Below, piece by piece: positions 1-18,908 of a stretch of DNA of 64,000 nucleotides. Origin of the DNA: the human T2T-CHM13v2.0 reference genome, Homo sapiens; the NCBI RefSeq assembly GCF_009914755.1, contig NC_060944.1; one strand, 5' to 3'. Within the stretch, counting starts at the first letter, position 1, and every line of letters begins with the position of its first letter. The notes beneath the pieces were generated by a model. That model did no database searches, was not told the DNA's origin, and was given only the letters and a program-made list of their open reading frames with translations. The translations under genes and the position numbers were made by a program.

Positions 1-39
1 TTGGCCAGGTGACCAGGTGAGCGTCGCCAGGTGATCGCA

Positions 40-1270
<1,231 letters not shown>

Positions 1271-1589
1271 AGGGGAAAAAATGCAAAACCAAACAATCAA
1301 AGAAAACCACCTTCTTTTGACCCTGGTGCTGGGAGTTAAGCAGCCTCTCCAGGCCTGTCTCAGGCAAGATGCTCATTTTTGGTTTTAGAATTCGGGGGTT
1401 CAGGGTGCTCCTGGCTCTGCCCAGCTTGGAAGCACACACAGGCCACAGGGACCACAGAACCTCCAAGCTGAGTCAGGGTACGCCCCGTGGAAGGACGGTT
1501 GGTCCCCGCGTTCACACCTGCGTGTTACGAACTGTGAGCCCTCACACTGCGGAGGAGACCTACCAGAACGCCGTCCTGAGAGACTTTGA

Positions 1590-2162
<573 letters not shown>

Positions 2163-2793
2163 TACTGCAGTCTGCCCCCACACCGCAATCTGAGTAAAAC
2201 CTGTCTTTCCGCCTTCAGGTGTCTGGGATTGGGTCTCATTCCGGGTCCCATGCCTCTGCCTGAGTCTCAGCCGCGTGACTGTGCTCCTGCCAGCGTATGC
2301 TTGCTCATGTGTGTCTGTGGATGGTGACTGTGTCTGCCTGTGTGCACCCATGTGTAGTGGGTCTGTGTGCTTGCTTGCTGGTGGCTAAACATGTCTGTGA
2401 GCGTGTCATGCCAACTGCATTGCACTTTCTGATGTCATCTGCCAGCCACGTCCAGTTCAGGACATTGGGCAAAAAATGGTCCTGCCCTTCAGGGGCCCGC
2501 CCTACCAAGGGTGAGCCGTGAACCAAGTCTCAGGATCGAAGGCAAGGTGCCCCTCTGGAGGGAGGTGGGGCTCTGGGAAGCTTGGGGGCCGTGGCCATGG
2601 AGATGCGGGGGGATGGGGAGTGCCCAGCCTGAGCTGGACAGGGTTGGGCCAAGCCCTGAGCACGTGCACGAGGAGTACAGATGAGGCTCAGAGGCCTTGC
2701 TGGGACCATGGGAATGAGCCAGTTTCCAACAACTTGATGTCAAGCCAGGGCTTCTGGGCTTTTCCTTGGGCTGAAGATGCTATTAGGACTATG

Positions 2794-4030
<1,237 letters not shown>

Positions 4031-4768
4031 CTATTAGGACTTTAGAACGAGAGACAGACTTGATCTAATAATGATTAGTCAGATAAATTTTTAGGACGTA
4101 GGGCCGATATGCCCTGGGATTGTGCAGAAGTAGGAGATGGGAGAGAAGTCAAAGGAGGGCCAACATCTCTTCACAGCCAGTGTGGGTGGTGGCAGATGGT
4201 TCATGGTACAGGAAACAGAGGGGTGTGGACATGGTACCCAGGCTGGAGGAGAGAGGCCAGGGCTGCAGGTGCGTCCTGGGGGGAAGAGGCTGGGGAAGCC
4301 CCCGGAGGAAGCCAGAGGGAGCAGAGCCGTGACCCCCGGGGTGCACAGGGGCTGGGGTCGCGGAGGCCGTGCAGCGGTGAGGGGACCTCAGAGCACTGCT
4401 TCCTCTTCCCTGTTTGGGGTTTCAGAGGTCCCTTGTGCAGGGGCTAGGGCAGAGCCCCATCCTTAGGACACCTAGGCCCCAAGTGGGGCTTCCACAAGCT
4501 GCTTCCGGAGGATGGAGATGTAGCACCCAGTCCAGATTATAGCTTGACCCAGGGCTCTCTCCCTACCTTGGCTGGGGTTTGGGACGGCAGAATCTGTGCT
4601 CTGGGCTTCTGGGTCCCCATCAAAATGGAACAAAGTGACCTGCAGCCCCAGTCAGGTAAGACTAGCCCACTCTTCTCCTGCACAGTTCTGGCTAAAGCCT
4701 CCACCCCCAAGCAGGTGATATTCCCTCCCCAGATATCCCACACAGCTCGGACTCTGGGGTCCCTTTCA

Positions 4769-5167
<399 letters not shown>

Positions 5168-5513
5168 TCATGAAACATGAATGCCAGGCCTGCACAACCT
5201 GCTTCTGTTGAGAGAGGTGGCCGGCTGAGCCGCTGTTCGTGGCCCGCTTGGCCGCAGCCTCCGTCTCTCCCACCAGTCCGGCTGCACCACCCACACTGCT
5301 GCCCAGCGTCTTCCCCACTCTGGGCTTTGCACCTGCCCTTCCCTCAGCCTGGAACAGCCCTCCTGCCCGCCTGGTGATTCCCAGCATCCGGGAAGACTCA
5401 CCTCCAGCCCCAGCTCCAGGCCATCATGATATAGCCCTCCCCTCCTGCCTGAGGATCCCACAGGCCCAGACCCCAGCCCTGCCTGCACTTTCTCTCTATC
5501 CTTCCCCTTCCCC

Positions 5514-5682
5514 TTAAAAATATCCCGGGGCCTCTGGAAGTGGAAGGGGTGGGATGGAGGAAAGAGAGCAGGAGGCATCCTGGCTGCCCAGCCGAGGGCT
5601 GATTCCCCAGGTCCCATGCCAGTGCCAACCAGCCTGGCTCCAGCACGGTGAGCCCCACATCTGCAGCCCCACCTGTGTGGCT
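5514..5682 (-). repeat. Copy A of a locally duplicated ~170-bp module (inverted relative to 8329-8505)
   Basis: Reverse complement aligns to 8329-8505, e.g. shared cagccaggatgcctcctgctctc and acttccagaggccccggg.tatttttaa. Confidence 0.9.
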
Positions 5683-6789
5683 TGTGTGTGCCCCTGAGTC
5701 CTGAGGGCTCTGAATCTGTCCTGGCTAGAACTGGAGTTACCACCCGCTGTGGGGCGGGGCGAGTCTCCCGCTGCTCTGAGCCCCAGGCTGCACCAGGGAA
5801 CCCACCTCATGGAGCAAAGCTGCAGAAACACTGCCTTTCTCGTGGGCGTTGTTACCCTAAGTGGGTCGGCAACTGCAAGGTGGACGGTGGGGCGGGCGCC
5901 GAGGCCGCTCCCTGGCTGTGGGCTGTGCTCGCACATCTTGGATGCCCTGTGGGTACTTCCTTTCTGTTGGGATTTGGGCTCAGGTTTATCGCTGGCTGCT
6001 TCTGGGAACCCTGGGGGCTAAAGGACCCTGCAAGACGGCTGGGTTGGAGGAAAGGGGCTTGCCTGGTCCTGGGAGCTGGGCAGATACGTGGGTGGTGAGC
6101 AAAAATTGGGAGGGCTTCTCATCTGGGCCCCCCGCCCCTGAGGGACCATCATGGTACAGAATCAGGGAGCATCAAAGGGAAAACCTAGGATGAGGGACTG
6201 GAGGGGGACTGGGGACTTGGCCAAGGCCTGGGTGAGGGGGTGCCCTGCCCAGGGGTGGGGCTGCAGGAAGGAGCGGCCATTCCACCTGAGTTGGCCGCCC
6301 CTGCCTCATAGCCCCCAGACCCAGGGTGCTCAGAGCTCCCCTCTTCTTTCGGAGCCTTGCGGGAGGCCCTGCTGCTCAGGGGCTGGTGGACACCACCAAG
6401 AGTTGGGTTCTGTAGCCCCCACTGCCACAGGCTGGGCGGGCTCTGGCCCCTCCTCCCTTGGGGGGTCCTGGTGCCGGGGTGGTTTTGAAAACCAGAGACT
6501 GGAGGCCTTATCAGACCACAGGTTTTCCTGAGGAAGGAAGGGTGGGTGTGGGCCTCCAGGATGGGCGCCTCCTCTGGGTGTGCCCAGCCTGGTGGAGGGC
6601 ACACATGCACTGCCCATCCCTCCTGGGGGACCCCAGTCCAAGGCCCTGCCCCACCAGAGACAAGCAGACTGCAAAGGCTGGACCCAGTAGCGTGTGGGTC
6701 CAGGGCTCAGGCCCAGGGTGGGGTGTGAACTCCCTGAAATCACAGCAGATGCCAGCATCCTCCGGGATAGTGTGCCTGGCTCCCCCAGC

Positions 6790-7356
6790 CGAGGCTCAGA
6801 GGAATTTGCAGCCAGTTCACGGGCAGTTCCACTCCGAGGGATATGTCCAGTGGGAATCTATACTTGGGCACCAAAAAACAAGCAAGAATGTTCCAAACGA
6901 CCCTTTTCATAATAGCCCCAACCTGGAAAACCCAAATGCCCATCAGTGCTGGGTGTGGCCTGTCATCCAGGGGACAGTGACTGTAGCCAGGAGGAGCCAC
7001 CTTCAACGCCAGGCACCACCTGGCTTCCACCGTGGCCCCTGCGTCAGACAACGGGAAGCAGAGGCCAGAAGCACAGGCAGAGCTGGTGCCCAGCACGGAT
7101 TAGGTTCGGGAACAGGTAGGACCAGTGCAGGTGGATGGGGTCCATGAATGATGGCCTCTGGGGCATTGGCCAGCAGTGCCTTAGGGGCCACCTGGGTTTG
7201 GCAATGTCCTGTTTTCTTGATCCAGGTGCTGGTGACAAGAGGCATTCAGTCTATGGGAATTCAGGAAGCCACATACTTAGGATGAGTATGTTTTTCTGCA
7301 TGTATGTGATACTTCTGTGATGCTTTTCTGCCTGTATGTGAAACTTCAATAAAAAG
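6790..7356 (+). mobile_element. Ancient L1M 3' fragment
   Basis: aagaatgttc...ttcataatagccccaacctggaaaacccaaatgcccatca, ending in tatgtgaaacttcaataaaaa. Confidence 0.65.
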
Positions 7357-7368
7357 TTTCACACACAA

Positions 7369-8237
<869 letters not shown>

Positions 8238-8328
8238 TCAGAGCAGGGCAGCCAGGCTGACGCCCCGGGGCCCGCTCTGCCTTTCTTGGAAGAGTCTGGA
8301 GGAGCCATGTGGGGTGGGGGTGTCCCAC

Positions 8329-8505
8329 AGCCGTGCAGGTGGGGCTGCGGATGTGGGGGCTCACCCTGCTGGAGCCGGGCCGGCGGGCCGGGGAGCACTG
8401 GCTCGGGACCTGGGGAACCCGCCCTCCGCTGGACAGCCAGGATGCCTCCTGCTCTCCTCCCTCCATCCCAACCCTTCACTTCCAGAGGCCCCGGGCTATT
8501 TTTAA
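8329..8505 (+). repeat. Copy B of the duplicated module, ending in MEF2 consensus CTATTTTTAA (8496-8505)
   Basis: Direct alignment by eye with the reverse complement of 5514-5682. Confidence 0.9.
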
Positions 8506-8787
8506 CTTGGCTTAGCAGCCGGAGCCGAAGGTGGACCCAGCCCTGCAGGGAGTGGGGAGGAGGGAGGAGCTGCAGCTGCCGTCCCGCCCCCACCCCTCCC
8601 AGGGTTCAGGCTTTCTAGTTGGGTGGGTTGGGGGTGCTGGTCATTCTTGACCTTAGAGGAGAAACATCATTCATTCCACTCTGCAAATATAGTCACACTC
8701 AGAGGCCACACAGATACTCCAAGATTCAGACACAAGCCTGAGACACAAACTCAAAAACACACCTGGGGGTACACCCAGGCTCACTCT

Positions 8788-9232
8788 GTCACACACACAC
8801 AGAGACACACACACACACACAAACACTGACACACACAGACACACACACGCAGAGACACACACAGACACTGACACACACACAGAGACACACACAGACACTG
8901 ACACACACAGACACACACATAGACACTAACACAGACACACACAGAGACACACATGCAGAGACACAGACACTGACACACACAGACACACAGACACTGACAC
9001 GCACACATGCAGAGACACACAGACACACACACTGACACACAGAGACACACACACAGACGCTGACACACAGACACTAACACACATAGACACTGACACACAC
9101 AAGCAGAGACACACACAGACACACACACTGACACAGAGACACACACAGACACTGACACATACATGCAGAGACACACACACAGACACACTGACACAGAGAC
9201 ACACACTGACATACACAGAGACACACACACAC
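8788..9232. repeat. Compound (CA)n microsatellite interrupted by GA/CTGA
   Basis: Continuous acacacagacactgacac-type low-complexity run. Confidence 0.95.
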
Positions 9233-10850
9233 TCTGCCTAGGGACAGCTGAGGAGTGTGTGAGACTCAAGGACCCTCAGGACACAAGGGCAGATGTGTGT
9301 GGACGCTGTGGGCAGACCTCACCAGATGCCTGGAGACTCAAACACCCTGAAGGCGAGCCCCACCCCTTCATGGACACACACAGGCACAGATGCCCAGAGA
9401 CCACCAGCTGTGGGGCTTGTGGGGAGGGTCGGACCCTCCGGTCACACCCGGAGGCCGAGGTGGGGGAAGCTTGGGGGTGGAGCTGCCCATGCTGCCTGCT
9501 CTGCCCCTTCCCCCAGCACCAGCCCAATGTCCCTGAATCCCCCTGAAGTGGACGGACAAGCTCCAGGGGTCTCCACACCCTTCCCACCAAAGGGCGGGCT
9601 TGTGAAGGGCGGGCTTGTGGCCTCCCCTTTCCCCCATGCTCGCCCCCACACTCTCAGGGCAGGAAGCCCCAGGAGAGGATGGCTGCAGGGGAGGCAGCGG
9701 AGAGCTGACCTCAGAATGTGCTCAGCCCGGCCCCTTCCTTTCCCTGCTCCCCACTTCCCCTCTCCTCCCCCAGCCTTTGTTCCGTGGAGCAACTGCCCCC
9801 TGACCCCCGCTGAGGGAATTGGAGTCAGTCCTGGAAAAAAACCCCAGGTGCTGGCTGGGGCCACTGCCTCCGGATCCAGCGAGAGGAGGGAGCTGGGGGC
9901 TGGGAGAATTGGGGCTCAGGTGCCAGGGTGAGGGGCAGGGGCTAGCTTCCACCTCACACCCCACCTCCACCCCAGGAGGCCCAGGGCAGCTCCTAGAGGA
10001 ATGCGGAGGGCAGGGGAGGGGACAGGACATCCTCTCGGCAGGACACAGGACGCCCAGTCCGGAGGTTCCCAGCCCCGGGCAAGGCCACGGGGGAAAGGGT
10101 CACTGGGGCCTGGGGCTCACCAGTTCCACCCTCAGCCAGCAGTGTCCACAGACAGTCCAGGTCACCTCCAGTGGGGGCTGGAGGTGTTGGCGGATGAGGC
10201 CTGTCATGGCCGGAGTGGAATGGCCGCCCCCGCCCCCAGGGGCCCCACGTGTGTGGGAGGCACCGGCAGGCCTGGGTTTGTCCTCAGCTCTGCAAATCTT
10301 GGGGTCGCCACCTCCAGGAGAGGCCTCAGGCTGGCCCTGGCCCTCCCAGGCCCAGGACAGGAAGCCCAGGGACAGTCGATGGGGTGACAGCCATGGGGAC
10401 CCCAGCTCCTGGGGGCTGAGCAGCAGTAGAACCCGACCTCTGCTCACTGCCCTGGAAGATGAGGGACCCTGGAGGGGCCTGAAGGCACTAGAAGGAGAAA
10501 GACCTCCTGCGCTCACCTCACCGGTTCAGCCAGGACCCAGGAGACCCTGCCGGTCTGGGAGGCCTGGAGGGTTCCACCCCTGCTCCCACATGATCTCCTG
10601 GCTGCAACTTCTTGCCCAACACGCCAGCTGGCTGGTCATCTGTGAGCGCTTCTGCCAGAGTCTGTCCCAATCACCTGAGCAGCAAATGATGCTAAATGTC
10701 ATCTAAAAGCAGCCTTTCAAACGAATGACCAAAGGCCGGGCGCGGCGGCTCACACCTTAATTCCCGCACTTCGGGAGGCCGAAGTGGGTGGATCACCTGA
10801 GGTCAGGAGTTCGAGACCAGCCTGCCCAACATGGTGAAACCCCCGTCTCA

Positions 10851-11083
<233 letters not shown>

Positions 11084-11394
11084 CTAGGAGTTAAAATTAC
11101 CAGAGGGGATCGTGGGCACAGTCACCATTTGACCCAGGATTTCTGCTCCCCGCATCCAAACAACAGGAATGCTTGCCCCGAAGTGAGGTGCTCCAGATGA
11201 CACCTCTGCCAGGGACGCCGTCTCCTTCCTCCGCCACCTCTCCCGTTGTGTTTTTTGAGGTTCGACTCAAAATCTTTACATGTTTTTAAAAATTGAGTTT
11301 TGCCGGGCGCGGTGGCTCACGCCTGTCATCCCAGCACTTTGGGAGGCCGAGGCAGGCGGATCACAAGGTCAGGAGGTCGAGACCATCCTGGCTA

Positions 11395-12348
<954 letters not shown>

Positions 12349-13491
12349 TAGCCAGGATGGTCTCGATCTCCTGACCTCGTGATCCGCCCGCCTCGGCCTC
12401 CCAAAGTGCTGGGATTACAGGCGTGAGCCACCGCACCCGGCCTGAATCTCTTTATATGTTTTGGTCACCCCATGACTGCATCCCTAAGAGCAAGGACCTT
12501 GCCTGTGCTGCTTGCTGCAGTGACCAGAGCTCAACACGACTGCTCGCCTGGAGGATCTTCTGAACAGACACTCACCCACTGGGTGAATGGGTGGATGGCA
12601 GCGGTGCCAGGACAGTGGGTCCTGGTGATGCCAATGGGGAGGTGACGATGGGCTGGAGGCACCACAGAAGATGCCAACGGTGACTGCGGTAAATGAGGTG
12701 GCAGCGACCGCGGCCGTCAGCAGTGATGCAGCCGTGGGTGGATGGTCGTAATGGGGAAGACCTCACATAGGCTGGAGACGCCTGCTTCAGCCCTCCTTGA
12801 AACTGAACTCACCTGGGGAGATGTCATGTGGCCCCTCCACTTCCCCCTACTTCAGGCACCCATGCTCACTCACACCTTGGAGCCAGCTGTCACCAAAACC
12901 CACGCACTCTGAAATGACTACTTGCAGTTTCCCCCTCTGTGGTGCAACTGCCCCCCTCCCCGGCTGTTACACCTCACCAAGCGCTTCGCTCCAGGACAAC
13001 CCTCCTTTCTCCAAAACAGGCGGCCTTCCCCTTTCTTTGGCTTCCTTCTTATCCAGTTCAGATTTTGTGGTCCACTCTTAGTCACTCTCTCGAAAATGTG
13101 GGAAGTCTTCAAATGTCCCTCCTTTTGTGGCACCCTTCTGAGAACTTCAGCCTTGCCAGCACCTAAACCACTGCCCATTGTAGGGAAAATCAAGCCAGGA
13201 AGATGGGGGCCACCCAAAACCCATGTCTGGACGTTCTGCTGCACCCGGTCCTGGGGAGTCCACACCTGGCAAACGGAGACGTCTATCCACTCAGTCCCCA
13301 CCCGCTGCACGCCGTGGTCTTTCCCAAGCACTCCGGACTTAGTCTCTGGATGGTTTGTATGTTAAGCTGTTCCCTGCTCTCCAGCCTTCCCACCAGCATT
13401 TACCACCCATTACCTCGCTGACATGCAGACAGGAGCTGAGAAATGTTTAGCTGAGAAATTTTCAGGAGCTTCTTAGAAGTGGCTTCCTTTC

Positions 13492-15253
<1,762 letters not shown>

Positions 15254-15540
15254 CTACTTGCTCACAGCAAATACCCTGAGGGCAAGGATGGGACCGGCCA
15301 GTGCTTCGTCCAGCCCAGCAGGCCCGTGACATACGTCCGCCGAATGAATGATTCCCGTTAGGGATGGTAAAGGGGGAAGGTGGGGAGATCAGGTCATCAC
15401 CAGATGCAGAGAATGACTGAGGTAGGGAGAACTGCCTTCATCCTGCCCTCCTGGTATCCATGGTGGGAGACCACCCAGGCCCAGAAGGACATCAGCTGGT
15501 GGAAGGGGAAGCCCACCTGGAATGTGACAGGCTCCAGCCG

Positions 15541-15843
15541 CCTTCACCCTCCTGGTCCCGGCCTCCACTCAGGTGAGCCACCCTCACCCTCCTGCTCCCC
15601 GTCTCCACTCAGGTCATCCACCCTCACCCTCCTGGTCCCTGTCTCCACTCAGGTCATCCAACCTCACCCTCCTGGTCCCGGCCTCCACTCAGGTCAGCCA
15701 CCCTCACCCTCCTGGTCCCTGTCTCCACTCAGGTCATCCACCCTCACCCTCCTGGTCCCTGTCTCCACTCAGGTCATCCACCCTCACCCTCCTGGTCCCT
15801 GTCTCCACTCAGGTCAGCCACCCTCACCCTCCACTCAGGTCAG
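15541..15843. repeat. 40-bp minisatellite, ~7.5 copies
   Basis: Unit ccctcaccctcctggtccctgtctccactcaggtcatcca recurs every 40 bp. Confidence 0.95.
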
Positions 15844-15851
15844 CACTGCCT

Positions 15852-16249
15852 GGGACTTTCCAGGGGGCTGAGCGGCTGACCAGGAGCCTTTGCTGGGGCG
15901 GCCTGGGCACCCGGGCACTTCCTGCAAGGCCTCCCTCCTTGCAGCCCCAGCTCCTGGCCTGCTCCTTCCTCCTCCGCCCCAGGGGCTTTCCACAAAGCCT
16001 GAGGCCTGCTATTTTTAGCTGAGGGAGAGGGCCCAGTTCCTGGCCCCACTGCTGCCCTGAAGGAGCCTGGGCTAAACTGGGGCTGGGGTTGGGTCTAGGG
16101 GTTGGGGGAGAGGCTGCAGTCCCCAGCCCAGGCACACCTGGAGTGCAGAGGGGACGCTGCAGGCTGGGCTCCCAGCCCAGTTGGTGGACCAGGCGCTTAC
16201 CCTGGGGAGGTGGGGCTTAGGGCCTGGGTGGGCTGCCGCCCACTTCCTG
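15852..16249. promoter_or_regulatory. Candidate enhancer: 2 NF-kB, 2 ETS, AP-2 and MEF2 sites
   Basis: GGGACTTTCC 15852-15861, CACTTCCTG 15916-15924, GGGGCTTTCC 15982-15991, GCCTGAGGC 15997-16005, CTATTTTTAG 16009-16018, CACTTCCTG 16241-16249. Confidence 0.6.
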
Positions 16250-17097
16250 TGGCCGCACCCCAGTACTTCAAAGGCTGCTGGCCGCCCTGTGGTCAGTCCA
16301 GGCTCCCACGCAGCTGGAGGGGCTGGGCGGGCACACGCACCCCTGGCAGCTGGCCCCCCCTCCCCTCAGGGCAGCTTCAAAGCAGCAGGGGTGGGCAGCC
16401 CCCGTGATTAGCACGGATCCCAGGGCTGGGACGGGAGACACAAGGCGGTAATGGAGGCCCTGGCAGAGCCCCTCCTCTGCTCCTATGCTGCCCGTCCCAC
16501 TGCCTTCCTGGGTTGGCTCAGGGCAAAGGCCCAGGTACCTTCCTGGCCCCCAGATCCTGTCTTGAGGCAGGGGCCACCTTTAGGGGTACCTGCGTCTCTG
16601 CTTGGTGCCTGTGGGTTTCGGTGGCCTGGCCACGGAGTCAGTCCCAGTCAGAGAAGCGACAGGAACCGTGGTGGGGGCACCCCTGCGGGACCCCTCGGGA
16701 CAGCCTCTCTTTCTTACTCCTTTCCTCTCTTCCTTCCTCCCCACTTTCCAACTGGAAGGGGGGCGGGAGGGGAGGGGCCATAAAGGAGAAGGGGCTCCTT
16801 GTCCAGGCCTCGGGCTGTGGTGGGCTTGACCTGGCGCCAGCTCCCCAGGGACGGCCTGGGCGGAGGTATTGGGGGCGGGGACCTAGAAGCAGCCGCCCCA
16901 GAGTCCGGCAGACGCTGAGAACAGAGAGTGCCTGGGGGGCGGGGGGCAGCTTTCAGGGTCCCCTGGGGTCAGCTCTGGGACAGTTGCCGTTTTTAATCTG
17001 CACAAGTGATTTAGAAGGAGCCGCCAGGGCTGCAACCTAGATCCACTCAGACCCAGCTCGGGAAGTGCGGGGAGGCGCGGCCCAAGAACTGTGCCCT

Positions 17098-17245
17098 CCC
17101 CCCAGCTGTGGCCACAGGGCAGCGGGGACCCTGGATGAAGCTTCCACCACCCAGCTGTGGCCACAGGGCAGTGGGGGCCCCGGACGAAGCTTCCTCCCCG
17201 AGCTGTGGCCGCAGGGCAGTGGGGACCCCGGACGAAGCTTCCTCC
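17098..17245. repeat. ~49-bp tandem repeat, 3 copies
   Basis: agctgtggcc(a/g)cagggcag...gaagcttcc at 17104, 17153, 17201. Confidence 0.9.
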
Positions 17246-18429
17246 TCTCCTGCCAGCCAGAACCCGGGTTCATGGTGACCTTGCATGCCCGAAGTCTGTC
17301 CATCCTGTCCCGGACTGGCTCTCCTCTCCCCTCCCCTCCCCTCCTCCTCTACTCTCAGGCATCCAGGGACCGCCGCCCAGCCCAGCTTCAGGGCCGGAGG
17401 CTCCCCCAGATCTAGGGCCTTGAAGGAGCCCCGGTCCCTGAGCTCACAGCACAGACGCCCGGACCCTGGCAGATGCCGGCTTTCAGCCCACCCACCCGGC
17501 AGCTGGGAGCCACCCACCCCAGGAAGGAAGGGCTGGGGGTGGGCTGCGCATCCAGCTCGCCGGGGTCCCCACCAAGGACCTTGACTTGGCTGCCAGCGAC
17601 CACCCCACCCCTGCTGACACAAGCTGGGCGCGCCTCCCTCGGTCTTTGGGCGCAGGGAGGGAGGGCTGGGTCTCCAGTCCTTCTGACCACTCCGCTGCCT
17701 GCTTGCGGCCCGTCCCCACCACCCACCACCCGAGCTGCAGGTGCGGTGGAGACGGGGAGGGGAGAAGGTGCAGGGGCACACGGGCCGTCGCCCTGAGGGA
17801 TTTTCGATGGTTCCACGACTTGGGGGAGCCAGGAAAAAGGGGCAACTTCTGTGGCCTCCCGTGGACTTGGGACCCCTGGTGGAGTCGGAATCCTCACGAG
17901 AGACTCCTGTGGGGAAACACATCCTAGGCCCTCTGGGCTGGGCCCCTGGTCCACCTGGGACGCAGGCTGGAGAGGCCAAATGCAGGGGCCAGGAAGCACC
18001 AAACTGGCTCTTAGGCCAAGAGCCAAGGGACCCCCACCCTTTCCATGTGTCCCCCAATCCAGGCCCAGCGTCATCCCCCCTCCTCACCCACACCCGGGGC
18101 TGACTGTCCGAGATACAGGCTGTGTTTTCCATCTGGTCACCACGCGCCCCCCCAGGTGAGGGTCTCCGAGGGGCAACGCGTGAAAAGCCGGAGCGGATCG
18201 CCTCACGGGGCGGAATGGCTGCTGGTGCCGGCCTGGTCAGAGGCCGGGATCGGTATTTGCTGAATATACAACACAGAGGGACCAATAAAAATACAGAGAA
18301 AAGCACGGAGCCGCCGGCGTGGCAGAAGAGCCTGCGGAGAAGCTCCCTCAAAGACTGGCAGGCGACACAACCACAACCTGTGGAAAAGCAACTGGGGCAA
18401 AGCTCTTGGCTTTAAGAATACCCCCTTGG

Positions 18430-18908
<479 letters not shown>

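Noticed and set aside
5168-5743. 191-aa minus-strand ORF over module copy A
   Set aside because: Non-ATG start. The paralogous copy has indels that break frame, arguing against coding constraint.
9819-10706. 295-aa plus-strand ORF
   Set aside because: Non-ATG start, low-complexity composition, no homology recognisable to me.
17098-17245. CTCF-like sites in the 49-bp repeat (and in the 83-bp VNTR)
   Set aside because: Spacing does not fit the CCASYAGRKGGCRS core.
17047-18351. 434-aa minus-strand ORF
   Set aside because: Pro/Gly/Arg-rich translation of GC-rich DNA including a tandem repeat; no family motif.
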